Part shown: positions 1 to 13,282 of the stretch, piece after piece
How the letters are laid out: each line of letters starts with the position of its first letter
Numbering within the stretch: position 1 is the stretch's first letter
Assembly: GCA_002633005.1 (NCBI GenBank)
Contig: NMRA01000310.1
Coordinates: 314,624-378,623, forward strand
From: Phoronis australis
Lineage: Eukaryota > Animalia > Phoronida
Direction: 5' to 3'
Length of the DNA stretch: 64,000 nt
Notes under the pieces: model-generated
What the model saw: the letters and a program-made list of their open reading frames with translations, nothing else
The model's database searches: none
What the model was told of the DNA's origin: nothing
Program-made: the position numbers and the translations under genes

Positions 1-170
1 GTATGTTCGATTTTCTCTAGTGCTCACTGAAAGACTTGAACCAGGGTGCCCTACGTGAGAGCAGTGAAAGCGTCCAAACTGTTTGACCAAGAGGCATGCA
101 ATTGTCTCTTGAAAAGTGATTTTGGGAGCGTGTAATTAAATACGAATCTACATTATGTGTCACTGCTGTA

Positions 171-587
171 TGTGAACTTGGAATCCTGCTTAATCTCAAG
201 ATTAAGCGGAAGTGAGTGTTACGTGAACTTGGAATACGCGAGGCAACGTGACAAGTTTACTCAAATAATCACGTTCATGTTCATAAAAATTTGTCCTGCA
301 CTAAATCAAGTCACGTTTGAATAAAATAATGTTAATTTTAACCAACCTTTTCAACTACGGGCGATCAGTTTCACCAAACAATCAATTTAGCCATTCACAT
401 ATTCCTCCAGTTCAGCGGCACAAGTTATGGTAAAGGAGAAAATGGTTAATCGTGAGGTCAATAATTACAAAAATTCTTTTCACCGAACAAAAATTTCACA
501 TTTTTGCCTAAAAGAATATTCAATTCCAAGTTCCTGCAACACTCACTTCCGCTTAATCTTGAGATTAAGCAGGATTCCAAGTTCACA
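171..587. mobile_element. Foldback/MITE-like element with 65-bp terminal inverted repeats
   Basis: 171-235 (TGTGAACTTGGAATCCTGCTTAATCTCAAGATTAAGCGGAAGTGAGTGTT...) is the near-perfect reverse complement of 523-587; no clear TSD; no coding capacity. Confidence 0.7.
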
Positions 588-751
588 CCATCACAAGGCT
601 GAAGTGTCCACTCTACTCAGTGGCGGATTTAGAGGGACGCCAAGGGGGCCATGGCCTCCTCTAAAACTCTCCCAGATTCCATTTGGCAGTTGGGAGGTGC
701 AGATGTCTGACAGGCAAAATCCTGGCTAATACTCTGCCCTGCCCCCCCCCC

Positions 752-876
752 NNNNNNNNNNNNNNNNNNNNNNNNNNNNNNNNNNNNNNNNNNNNNNNNN
801 NNNNNNNNNNNNNNNNNNNNNNNNNNNNNNNNNNNNNNNNNNNNNNNNNNNNNNNNNNNNNNNNNNNNNNNNNNNN
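752..876. other. Assembly gap (125 N), flanked by poly-C and by MITE-like ends CAGTGGCGGATTTAG (618) / CTGGATCCGCCCATG (909)
   Basis: run of N in sequence. Confidence 0.95.
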
Positions 877-1187
877 CCCCCCTAACTAAAAATCCTGGAT
901 CCGCCCATGTTACTGTACACCTTACGACTGATATGGCTTAGAAAGGATCAGACAAGCAAATGTAACCTCATACTCGTCCAAGATGTAACTGGCCTACAGC
1001 TGATAACGACTCCCGCATTTTCTGTAAGTTTGAACCTACTGACTATAACTTGCTCTGGGGCAAGCTGTCCTAGAACAAGTTTCCCTACCTGGATAAGGTG
1101 GCGTAAGTTGTCACAGGTGTGTCAAATTGTCCGAGCTCAAGTGGTGTCCATGCAACTACTGGACCTACTGACCACTCATTCCAATTG

Positions 1188-1537
1188 TACAGCAAAAATT
1201 CTCCTGTTTGGTACAGTGAAAAAGTTATTATTTTGCTCAAGGTCAGAGCGTGTGCCAACGTTTAGAAATTTAGGCAATATTGGCCATCCCACATTCAGGA
1301 ATTACGATCAATGACACACAATCATTTAGCTCGATGTCGTGACAACGTTGCGTCAGTGGTCATTTTCAACGATTTTATCATCTTCCTGGCATATTTTCAG
1401 TCTGTTATACAAAGTTCAGTGTCCGATATTTCTGTTAAAAAAAATACATGAATGCCAAATTCACCTATGTCCAAATCTTTAGAATCAAGAAAATTAAATT
1501 TTAGAGACTGTTCCAAACTGGAGAATTTTTACCTGCA
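1188..1537. mobile_element. Tc1/mariner-type MITE, copy of a dispersed family (other copies ~2209-2705, ~8196-8560 reversed, ~44097-44321)
   Basis: ends TACAGCAAAAATTCTCCTGTTTGGTACAGT / ACTGTTCCAAACTGGAGAATTTTTACCTGCA; internal TTTGCTCAAGGTCAGAGC shared with 2254 and (reverse) 8500. Confidence 0.55.
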
Positions 1538-2208
1538 TTGTGTTCTATTCAGTATATTGTTCGAGTTGAAAGGATCGAATTTAACGATGACCTTCAAAGG
1601 TATAATTTGCTAAATATCAGTCTCAACAAATACCTTGTTCTTGTGAGCACACTTCTCATACACAGATGTAATTACCAGCTAATTAACAGAATGGTAATTA
1701 CTGAGTCTGTAGCCCACGTAAAAGTAATTCCTTCGGTATTGAACTGATTTGGTCATTCAGGTTATTATCCACCTGGAACTATAAACTTGTAATTGTTTTC
1801 AAACCCTTAGCCTGACTTGACATCATTTCACTGACTTGTGACTTTCAATTTCGACTTCCCTGGATGTTGAGTTGGATGTAGTGAAGTCTCTTTTTCTTTT
1901 ATTTTTCTTATATTAAGTAACAGTAGCCTCTTGATAACAAATGAATGAGCTTAAGTGTGATAATCCATATCTAACGGTCGTTGGCGGTGCTGCAATAGGT
2001 GCCGTTATTCTGTTATTCTGTAGCTAAATTGAACACCTGATGTTGCCTTTGAGCTCCATTGTACCAATATCCTGGTTCAATTTTTAATGTCATGTTTTTA
2101 TAGACAAGCACCTAAACAATCAATAAATCTCATAACGATGGGTGAAGAATGTATACAACTGTTCATACAGATCTTCATTCAAGAGGTTAGAGGAGACCCG
2201 TTTGCTAA

Positions 2209-2705
2209 CTACAGTAAGAATTCTCCAGTTTAGGACAGTGGGAAATTGGTTGTTTTGCTCAAGGTCAGAGCTTGTACAAAATTTTAGATCATTCACCTCT
2301 ACATTACACACTATGGGGACACCTGGGGGCTATTTTTACTTTTCGGCACTTTCAGTATTTTGTTTTTGTTTCTTGTTTACACGCTACAGATCGCAATTTT
2401 TATCAAATCACCGCGAAATTTACACACAACCTGTGTCTCGTGAATGGCTCGAAGCCTATTTTTGTCATGATCAGATTCAAGATGGTGGATGTAGTGGCCA
2501 TTTTGTTTTCAAATTCAGATTTAATTTTACAAACTGCCTAGTGTTTTTTGGACTCTGTTGATACAAAATGCAGTTGCCGATTTTTGAGAAATATGGTGGC
2601 CTAAATCGCCCATATCCCAATCTTCAGAATCCAGAAAAATCAATTTCAGCTTGAATGTTGGGTGGCCCAAATTTTAGGGACTGTCCAAACTGGAGAATGT
2701 TTATC
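2209..2705. mobile_element. Second copy of the same TA-flanked MITE family
   Basis: TACAGTAAGAATTCTCCAGTTTAGGACAGT ... GACTGTCCAAACTGGAGAATGTTT; shares TTTGCTCAAGGTCAGAGC with 1188-1537. Confidence 0.55.
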
Positions 2706-5700
2706 CCAGAGCTTACAAGAAGAGCATTGAACTTGGGTACTGATTTACTAATTACTTGGTAACAGTAAATATACAATCGCACTCTGGCATACAACTGGTT
2801 TGTAGTGCCTAATAACCTTACGTACATACCATATCCTGTTAACCCCATTTCTTGACCAACATCGCAGCTAATTTTTCCTCTAAGTGCAGAAATTAAGTTA
2901 ATTGAGAATTTGTAATCTCTAGTGTACACTGAAGGAGGTATCATCTTAGTAGACTGTATTGAATACTATTGCAGGCAATGTTGCTGATGTGTACTCGTTT
3001 CACAGTAGTTCAAACCGAGCCTCTTTTCGCCGATCTACAGGTCAGGAAGTACCCTTTAACTAAAGAAATACTTTTGTGAGCCAAATTTGCTTCACAGATC
3101 TGTCACATAACCAGACGGTGGTCTGTTGTTGTGCCAAGGACTATTTACGAATGAATTTAAAATTGAGAAATATTTTTTCTTATTGATCGGTATAATGCCA
3201 AACCACCTGCATTGGCCATCATTAAAAAGGCATTGAGTTAACTGAGTACCTTTGTACAAAAGGATTACTTCATTTTGGATTGCTTTGTAGAATACAAAGT
3301 TTTATTCCATGAAACCATATGTTTTAAGATTATTTGTTTAGTGAGGAGAAACATATTTAATCGGAAATAACCCAAAATGGTTGCTGTTACATGTGCCGTT
3401 TCTTATTCTAAAAATCATGTTTTACGGAAGGTGGCCGTAACTTTCACAAACACGAAAATTCCGTTGTTGGATATTAGCCACAAAAGTGTATCTGGGATTT
3501 ATCTTTTGTGCATCTTGCCTCGAGGTCTTAGCTATCAATCTCAGATGTCAAAAATCTACTCTTCCGAATGAATTCCGGTGAGTATTGATACTGTCAATTT
3601 TTACCATTTCTTAATACAAAATAGTCTAATGTTATACAGTATCTTAGAAAAATGTACAAATTTGTTAACGTGATATCTCAGAACTGTGTGGTCAGATTGA
3701 AATGGAACTTTGTTATGCCATGCGTTATACACTGTTCTATAATACAATGTTAGGTATTGTTTTAAAAGTGATCCATCTTTTAAAGAGAGGATATGAAAAA
3801 TATGACGTGTTATTATGAATAAATTCATATTTTTTTAGAAATACTTCTACTTGAAAGACTTGATTTTACATTTTCCAGCAAAAGTTGCATATACCAACTA
3901 TGTTGATTTTTATAAAAATGCGTTAACATTTACGTAGTTAGATAATTAAAATATTAACATCAACATATTAAAAGTTGGCATAGACTGTGCAACACTGTGG
4001 TTAGTCTATAACACAGTAATATATTTGATACACATAGGAGTACATAGGTAAATGGCCTATGGTTCATCAGTAGTGAATATAAATGAGTCTAGAAAAGTGC
4101 ATGACATATGCGGTTTTGGGCGTCATCCTAGTTGAAAAGTAGAATGGCGTGTAGTTGAATGAAACACGTTAAGTCCATTTGTTGAGTTAGGCCAGGGGAT
4201 TATTTTTAACTCCCTTGTTATTCACTGTTCATTGCACAGCTGTGAACTTATTGATTAGCCTGGATGAGCTGTGTTATCAGTTTGTTGACAACAGGTGGTG
4301 TTGTTTTGCTGTTAAAGGTCATGACCCTGAAGTGACCCTAGTAACCTTGTGAGTTCTCTGGGGCCTCTCCCCATCCCGTTTGTAACACAAGGTACTTTAA
4401 GATGTATTTGCATGCTCCTAACTATTAATATATAGCAGGAACTAAATGACAATGCTTTTTTAATATGAACTACACTAATCTAGGCACAGTTGTATTCACT
4501 GACAACTTGTGAAAAAATTCTACAAATAGGTGACCTTTGCCCTAATGTTGTACCTTGGGGGCTCACATAGCCATCATACAGTGATATTCCCCAGCACCAC
4601 GCCACGATACTTATTGGACACAGTTGAGTAATTTGTGGCGGATCATTTTTGCCGCAAAACGTGTTCTTAAAAACATTTTTCAACTTTCAAGGTACTTCAT
4701 ATTCACATCTTCGTTATATGTTGTTTTAATTTAGCCAAGCAGTCACAGAGATAAGGAATTAGCCTGCGAGTTCCACTTAAAAGTAAAGGGCAGTGAGGTC
4801 TCATGTTTTTTCTTAGAATGCCTGGCTATTTCTTGCGAATACCTCGCCAAGTTCCTACAAACTAGCCTAGCGGAAGGTAGCCTCCATGAGTGATTGGTTG
4901 TCAGGCCTGGATGAGTTATGTAACACCAGGATTGGGTTTTGCGCTTAGGTTGATTTATTGAATTTTGAGTGGGAGAGATAAACTACCCTGATTTCATGGA
5001 TGAGTGGTTATGTGACATTGCAGCTTGTTGGCAGTGTTGTCTGAAAAAGGAAACTTGGTCCATCATCGGTAAAATATGTATTCGAATGTGTAATCCATGG
5101 AAAGCTCTAGAATATTCTTCGGATTTAATAATTTTGATGCTCTTCATTTTTGTGCCTTGATAACGTAAAAAGTAAAGTTAAGTATAAGACCAAAATAGAT
5201 AGATACCCCTTTTGCTCTGAAGTTCGTTTTTGATTTATTTTGAATCTATTTATCTTGATCAGATTATGTCTCGTCTCTGCGTCTACACTTTAAAAATCGA
5301 ATCGGTATAGGCGTTGCGTTGCTTGCTGTAAGAGTCCCATGCACACATCTCACCTTCTTATGCACAGTAACATAGATCTGTATGTGTGCAAGTTGACCTC
5401 GCTTCCCTCGTCTGAGTAGAATTGATTCGATTGTGCATTCTCACTTCCGTAGGTAGGAATCGGTTTAGGTGAAATTGATTCCAAACCACCTCCACTTGCG
5501 GGTTTTTGTCGAATCAATTTATGCTAAACCGCTTGCATTTACCCAAGCTTCGTAAATTATGTTGAACCCCAAACTGATTTTAAATCCACGTGAATTCATC
5601 AGGGTAAATGAAATAAAGATATCGATCGATATAGCCCAAGTAGTATGGGCAGAACCTTACTAATTTAAGACAGAGTGCGGTGGACAGGGGAAATTTTATT

Positions 5701-5760
5701 TTCTTATTTTTGCAATTCTGATAAGTGGCACGAACGAAATGCTGTGCCATTTTCAAGTCT

Positions 5761-6236
5761 TGATTAAAGCAGGAAAGTTTTAAAACATCCAGTTGAGGTA
5801 ACAAAATAAACAAAAATTTAGTCAAATGCCGGAATTTGCGAACGTTGCGTCCGTCTCTCACGGACTTCAGCTTGGTTAGTGGTGTTATTATCGTTCTGGC
5901 CAATAGGTGGCATTTTAATCAGATGACAGGCTTTGAGGTCACTATCCTAGACTGTGAAAAAGATTGGTTCAGAAGGGGTGTCAAAGATGCTCTCCATGAA
6001 CATATCGAGTGCCCCTCTCTGAGTAAACAAGGTGGATTAAGATTCCATTTTTGTCACACTTATGGGATAGTGTTATGACCTCAGTGGTGTATCGTCTGGT
6101 TAAAATGACACCTATTGGCCAGAACGATAATAACACCACCAGCCAAGCTGAAGTCCGTGAAAAACGGACGCAATGTCGTTAATTCAAGTGTACAAATTTC
6201 AGCATTTGACTTCATTTTTCTGTATTATTTTTGAGT
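5761..6236 (+). mobile_element. 5'-truncated Penelope-like retroelement with inverted pseudo-LTRs
   Basis: remnant VTILDCEKDWFRRGVKDALHEHIECPSLSKQGGLRFHFCHTYGIVL* (to 6078) matches the C-terminus of Penelope (Poseidon-type) GIY-YIG endonuclease; inverted repeats ~5803-5926 / ~6092-6230; 14-bp direct repeat CCATTTTCAAGTCT at 5747-5760 and 6237-6250 (TSD). Confidence 0.85.
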
Positions 6237-6314
6237 CCATTTTCAAGTCTCGTTTCTTAGCTACCATCGGACAATGTTTTGAAAAATTGTAGGCATTCGC
6301 ATTCACATCAATAC

Positions 6315-6950
6315 TTCTTATTTATTGTTTTTTGACGGTGGCCTCTTCAGTGTCGGCACTGCTTTCCAAGAGGGCCTTCAACTACAGGATGTAATACAGT
6401 GAGATGTAAAACAATAATCAAATACATGTAACAAAACAATAGTTAAAACAGGTTGACAATTTAGATAATAAATAAATAATTTACAAAGGATGATGAAATT
6501 AGACTAAGAGACATGAAATTAAATAAAAAGATGATACTAAACAGTGAGAGTGTTTACAGTAATGAAAAATGACATAATTAAGACATTAACAGGTGTAAGA
6601 TTGGATAAATAAATTACAGCCACTTTTTAATATTAAATTTGAAAGCATTAATTGAATCGGACCATTTAATTTCTGGGCTAAGAGAGTTTCGTATTGCAGT
6701 AGCAACATAAATAAAACATCTGTTGCCAGTCTCGGTTTTAATTTTTTAAACGAAACGTTGCCAGCAACGGAAGAACGTGTATTAGAAGCCTTTGGAGTGA
6801 AAAAAATGACAGTTTCTGTCGGAATTTGGTGAGATTCTATCATAATTGTCTACAATGAAAATATGTTCAAGTGGTATTGTTGCCAATCTACTTTTATAAC
6901 AGCAAGTAACCAAAAAAGGTTTTAAACTTTTTTAATGAATTGCCTTTAGT
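6315..6950 (-). mobile_element. 3' fragment of CR1/L2-clade LINE
   Basis: minus-strand KTETGNRCFIYVATAIRNSLSPEIKWSDSINAFKFNIKKWL* resembles the conserved ORF2 C-terminus (F.Y.....WN.LP..IK...S...FK..LK); followed by 3' UTR hairpin GGCCCTCTTGGAAAGCAGTGCCGACACTGAAGAGGCC and AATAAA tail. Confidence 0.7.
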
Positions 6951-9900
6951 TCAAAGGTTTAGTTTCTAACTGGTTTATGGTTATGTTTGGTGAGATTAAT
7001 ATCTTAGCCAAGATTACTTTGTTGACAGATTGATAATTTTTCTAAACTTATCAACTGTCTCGTCTGTCATGGTGCTAAACAGGTCACTATACTTCTAGGT
7101 TTTAGAATACCTGGGCCTTAGTCTGCTTCCCTGCAGGCTATAGTCTTTCTGTCTTGTGACTTCGAATTGTTGACAAATTTTCTGACTTTTAGCCTTAGCC
7201 TGATATTGCAAAACAGGCTAAACCATCTCGGTAGATTGATTTTTAGCCAATAGACAAGATAATAGTCTTTTTGAGAAGCAGTTCCCAGATGTCCAGGAAA
7301 TTGATCCTTTTTGGAAAAAAATACGCGATAGGATAAACAGGATAAAAGGCTTGTGTTTTCGCTGCCGCTTTTGCCAGTTAAATAATGAAAACACCAGAAT
7401 GATCATGTGAACGATTCAAGTGTCGCTTTAACTTGCAGTCTGAGTTGCCTCAAAACTGCTGCCATTTTTGTAGCCCTTCACTTACTTTAAAGGACACACA
7501 CGCACTGGGGGGGGGGGGGGGGNTCACAAGAGAGTGAACATTTTTTCACGAAAATGACTCTTTGTCAACAGCTCATCTGTTTGGCTAAAAAGCTATCATT
7601 GTCTTCTCTTAAAAAACTGCAAACGTTTTCGCCTCTCATGTGAACGTCTTAAAGGAATAATATTTGCCAAGAACACGGTTCTAATTTCCTGACTCATTTT
7701 TATGAAGAACTGTAAGTTGCGTAATTTGTTAGATGTAAAAATATATTCCTTCACCAGCCTTATGACCTAAAATTTTATCTTTATTGGTAACAGTTAAAAT
7801 CAGTGTTTATGTTTTTTGTGGCCCTGGGTCTGAGTACTAAGATTAGTTAGAGTTCAATCAAAAGATTACCGTTGAGAATGATTTATCGCATCACGGTTGA
7901 ATGTGACCTCCACAGATTATTGTTATGGATTAGTTAGAAACACAGTGGATTAATTTTGCTATGTTCTGAGACACTGTAGACTTATATTGAAAGCATGCTG
8001 AAATATTTGCCTGTCTTTTCTCGTTGTTGTTTTATATGAAAGTGAATTCTGCATAATCAATTTGTGGATTCTGTGTTTGTGAAGTAGTTTGTACTTGTTG
8101 ATGACCACAGGAAATTTCTGCCTTTGAGGTTCACGAGATATCCTTGAGGATATGTAAGTGTTATTTGTGCACTCATGTTTTGAACTGACTGATCTACGGT
8201 GAAAAATGCCCAGTTTGATATAGTCTCTAAAATTTAGTACACCGAAAATTCAAGCCGACATTAAATTTCTTGAATCTGAAGTTTGTGACATGGGCGATTT
8301 TTGCATTCAGAATTCTGAAGTATCGGACACTGCACTTTGTATCAAAAGAGTCTGAAAATATACTCGACAGTTGATGAAATCATTGAAAAATTCCACCGTC
8401 TTCTCGCGACACCATTGTGTGTATTATGAAGGTGAGTGATCGCTTATCGCTGATTGTAATTTTTGAATTGGACAGCTAATATTCTAAAATTTGGTATAGG
8501 CTCTGACCTTGAGCAAAATAGTTGATTTTCCACCGTCTCAAGGTGGAAAATTTTGCCTGAATGTTCCAAAAACTGGACTGAAGTGCTGATCAAAGGCCTT
8601 TAGTAATACAAGTGTAAAAGTCTGAACTGTTCATGCAAGACTAGTGCGAGTTGAGCTTGTAAGAACAGGTTATCTCTTGTGACGCATGGCGATATCTCGC
8701 GAAGCCTTGCGTGATCTTTGGTAGCGTCGGCTTGGTTGCTCAGTTTTCCAGCAGATTTATGAGGATGCACAGTAAAAAAATGTTTGAGACAACGCAGCTG
8801 TTGAAGTGAAATTTTATTTCATCAAATTTTCAACGAGAGTAATTTCTTTCCCCCTTTCAGCTGTCAGCAAACCGCGTTGTGTAAAATCTTTAGCATTAGC
8901 ATTGATGTAGTATGCCTTTGAAAGGTAAAAAAATGTCAGAATTTTAGCAATTATTTTGTTCAAATTTGAAGAATTTTTTCTGTAATTAATTTTCACAAAC
9001 AAAATTAATTGAACGTGAACTCGGTGTGTTTTCCTTTGGGTAAACTGCCAGGCAGTCCATGGGTAATCCATGTGACTTAGTACAGACCATGAACAGGTTG
9101 TACAAACAATCTGTCGCTCAGCCATAGACTTTAATTTCCTGTTCCTGTCCGCTTACTCATGTAGGTAATATTTTCAGTGAAATGTTAGATTTTGACGTTT
9201 TTCTGATTTTTGGATACAGTACTGTTTCTTGGTGAAATTTACAGAATTTGAAATCAGTGTTCAAAGTCTTTGAGTTTGAAAATGTTTCAAGAATATTTTG
9301 TGTCTGTAATTTTATGTTTGTCATCGGTTTATTAACAAGTTCTCTGTCTGTGACAGATTTTTACCTATCCTAGATATGATAATGTTTGTTCAATTTCGCA
9401 CCAAAATAATTGCCGAAATTGCTAAATGATTGCCACATTGCTACATATGCACACAGTGTTACCATGGCGACAGACGTGCAGTACAAACCTATTCATAAAG
9501 TTAAAATATATTTTTTATTTGGCAAAGTGATACCACGCAGTACCATTGATAAATAAGCATCCATGTTTTAATATTTTTGTTGAAGAAACTTTTGTTAAAA
9601 TACAACTTTTTGAACTGTAGGTTATGATAAAATTTACGTGAAATTTCACCCATTTAGGATGCGACATGGTGGACAAGAGGAGTTTCATTTTCACAAAAGA
9701 TGTCGCGCCAAATTATTGGTATACTGTGATCTGTGTGCGTGATCATTTCCGTCTGAGGCTCAATTTTGGCAGTTTTATATTTTGACCAAAATTGGTGAGA
9801 TTTTCTGCATTCTGCGTGTAATGAATGATAATGAATGAAATGGCTAATGCAGGTGTAGTGTAAGTACGTAAAAATACGTGGACATGACATCAGTCTCAGC

Positions 9901-10923
9901 CATCTCCGGTTCCAAGTTGACATATGTCTGAAGCCCACTATTTTGAGGTCGGGTGTTTTAAGACGCGGGTCATGTCAAAAAGCTAGGCGAAGATTAGGGC
10001 ATAGTGTTATCAGGGCATATTTAAAGACCCAGGTGTACATGATTATTATCTCAAAGGTATTAGATCGTGGTGTGTCAGAACAAAGTTGTGGTCGCTGGTC
10101 TTCTCATTTAGAACTCTCTATCAAAGGTAAGGTCTTACCAAAACCCCCGTTCACAAATTGGCTAAAACGATAGCTTTTTCTTGCTCAGGCAGAACCCTAT
10201 CTTTGTTATTATTTCAATATTGAGATGAAGATCAGGAATCAGAATCGTGTGTAATTATGAAGTGTAGATTCTTGACAGGTCTAAGCTCTGTAATGATAAT
10301 GCATTCAAGTGGATGATAAGGAAAATCAAATGCCTTTCTATATACAAGGTAGCTACCATTAAGATTAGATATTTTAGTAGCTGTTATGTTTTTACAAGCC
10401 AGTCACCAAATCCAGAAACATGGATCCTCGGGCCATGATTCAGAACTAGGTGTTCAGCAATATACGGTCAAAAACTTGATCTGTGTCCATGAGAAGCCTC
10501 AGTATGTTGTCTAGCCAAAAGAATCCATTACTGTAAAAATTCTCCCAATTTGGGAAGTGTGTAATATTTAGCACAATGAAACTCAAGCTGAAATTGAATT
10601 TCCTCGATTCTGAAGATTGAAACTTGAGTGACTTTGGCGTTCGGCATAACTCCCAAATTAAAAATTCTCAAAGTTGAGGGTGGACATTTTGTTAAGCAGT
10701 GTGCGCTTAATCAGAAAAAGTAGGCATGGGCGCTTACGTGAGCATCTTATTGAATGAGAACCACTTGGCATACCCTAGACATATGTGGTTGTTGTTATAT
10801 TTACTGTGTCAACCCCTATTCATTAGTCATGTTGGTACCAGTGCCCAAGCCCCTTTATGTTGAGATTGTTCATTCTTGCTCCACCACCAGTATATTTATG
10901 GGCGGGGTTCATCACACTAATCT

Positions 10924-12088
10924 AATAGCTCACTTGCGAGTTTCTCGTTAGTCAATGTGACGTCACCGGAAGAGGGGCAAAACCCGGCATATTGCTCTTG
11001 TTTTGCCCCGAGTCTTTGCTACACACGCTAAATCTTACTGGAGTTCTTATGGTGAATTTTACGCTTAAAACGTTAACACAACTTTAGAGATGGCAGATGG
11101 ATCGTGGAATAACTGTGAATGGACAAAGAAAATGTGACTTTGTTATGTTGTGCGAAGGTGTGAACGGACTTAAATTGGAACTCAACCCGGTCTAGGCCTG
11201 AATGCCGTAGGCATACAAGGGCGATAGTGTATCCCCATAAAAAGTTACTCACTTCAAAATACAGCAAATAAAATCAAATGAAACATGCGTATGTGCACAT
11301 GGAGTTATAATTAACATGATACTCTGACTCTGGATACAATTTAGTGTACAAATAACTTGAACATATCCATGAAAACCTCGCGGTTCGCTCGAGTTTCACT
11401 CACGGGACGCCATTTTGAGGAAGTTACGTGAAATCACGCCTGTTGACGAAAAAAGTCCAAGGGAGACAAATCTTACAAATTTGACTTGATATTTTCTCAT
11501 GCTATTTTGCAAGTGTCACGCGCCAGGTCTCGTGCTTCGCTCAGTCTCGCGCTAGCCTTTGCCTCGTACTCCCCTGACTCAGTTGAAATACTTTGTGGTT
11601 ATCGCGCGCGCGGTCAAAGTTAACAGTAGGCTACTCACAAAGTGGATTTGGAATTCTTTGCCAAAGTCACCTGAATTCCCGTAGCTATGCTTCATCGATG
11701 ATATGTTTAGAAGCAGAAAGGATCACTGAAGGAAGTAAGCGTAGTTTTAGGTTATAATTTTAGGTGTAGAATGTATTTTTGACGAGGTGAAAACTTATCA
11801 GTGAGCGGATTTCGCCTACCTCCCGTTTAAAATACACGGGACGAAATTAGCACAGAACGCGATTGAACGTATTGTAGTGCGAATCTGAATTTCATTAGCC
11901 GTAACAGCAATGCTTGTTTGGCATTTTTCGAACTAAACGGCTAAAAACTCGAAGAAAGTAACAGAATACACTCTGCTACCGTATGGGCAAGAGGCCATAA
12001 CGGCAAGCTATTGCCCCACTTCCCGTGACATCACAGTTGAGTCTCACATAATCTCGCGTTATTGTTATAAACTCGCAAAAGGACTATT
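10924..12088. mobile_element. Non-autonomous DNA-transposon-like element with imperfect TIRs
   Basis: left AATAGCTCACTTGCGAGTTT...TCAATGTGACGTCACCGGAAGAGGGGCAA vs reverse complement of right AATAGTCCTTTTGCGAGTTT...TCAACTGTGATGTCACGGGAAGTGGGGCAA; CpG-richer interior; superfamily not assigned. Confidence 0.55.
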
Positions 12089-13127
12089 GCTTCTTGTCTG
12101 TCTCCTGGCTCTTGATAGATACAGGCAAATGGTACCCCTACCTCTTTATTCTGTTTTTTGTGTAAATGGTTTTGCAACATTTGGAACTCTGGGCTGAGCC
12201 CTTTTCTCTAGCACCTTGCGCAGTAACTTCTCGAAAGATTTGTTCGCACAAAAATTTCAAAATTTCGCCGTGTGTTAGTTGGTGGCAGCATATTATATAA
12301 AGTTTTCAAATAATGAAGTAAAATTGTCTTCTTGTTCGCTTTTTTCAAAAATTTTGTTAAAATAATGTTCACTATTCCGCCACATTGTGTTCGTATTAGA
12401 AGAAAGTTTACCGTACTTTATGTAAACTTGTGTTTGCCTATTATACGGTAAAAAGCGTGTGTTAAGGACCATGTTTAATCGACCATGTTTAATCGTGAGC
12501 CATGTTGGAAAAGCTCATGCCCCTTCAAGTCAATCTGTAGTTTAGAAAAGATAAATGTATGGTAAAATTTCAACAAGTCTAAACTACCATTTTATTATAT
12601 TTCATTTGAACTTCCTTCGCCAACGGTTATTGAGTCCAAGTTTTGGAATTAAAGTTAAAATCACTGGTGATATATTTTGCCATTTTGCATGCAGCCCAAC
12701 GGACATTTTGAAAGACCACTGCTATTTCAACTTCACAAAGACATCTACATAACTTCATTAACTCTGGTCCTAGTTACCAGCTTGTGTAGCTTCTGATGTT
12801 ATTCTGACATTATTCCCATGAGCTTTGTTTTTAATTTGATGTTCATTTTTGCTGCTAAAAATGTGTTGCGGTTTCGGAAATTTAGACAACGGCATCAGCC
12901 AAGGGTTGTACTTTCCCTGTAGAACTTGGTCATTTAGTCATTTATTACTCAGGGTTGAGCAGAGGCAATTTTGTAAACTTGTCAGGGATGTCAATCATTG
13001 ACTGGTATTACATTTAATGGAATCCAATGCTGGTAGATCGAACATTTTGTGCAACACAGCAAAGATAGAATCGAATTTCAACGCCTTTTTCATTAACATA
13101 CTTGTTCTAGCTTGGGCGGTAGAAGTA

Positions 13128-13282
13128 CAAAAGTGACTAACTTATTTAGCAAAAGTGACTAACTTATTTAGCAAAAGTGACTAACTTATTTAGCAAAAGT
13201 GACTAACTTATTTAGCAAAAGTGACTAACTTATTTAGCAAAAGTGACTAACTTATTTAGCAAAAGTGACTAACTTATTTAGC
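13128..13282. repeat. Minisatellite, 22-bp unit CAAAAGTGACTAACTTATTTAG x7 (perfect)
   Basis: direct inspection. Confidence 0.95.

Noticed and set aside
8111-8153. Candidate non-coding upstream exon of the TBC1D2-like gene (CAG|...TAT|GTAAGT)
   Set aside because: Splice signals alone are too weak without transcript evidence
11760-11800. Peptide GVECIFDEVK resembling a P-transposase catalytic motif
   Set aside because: Too short, no flanking similarity or open frame; likely chance
13128-13282. Regular short repeats resembling a CRISPR array (also 16057-16226, 21902-22112, 58882-59100)
   Set aside because: Units are head-to-tail with no unique spacers, no cas genes, eukaryotic context: ordinary minisatellites
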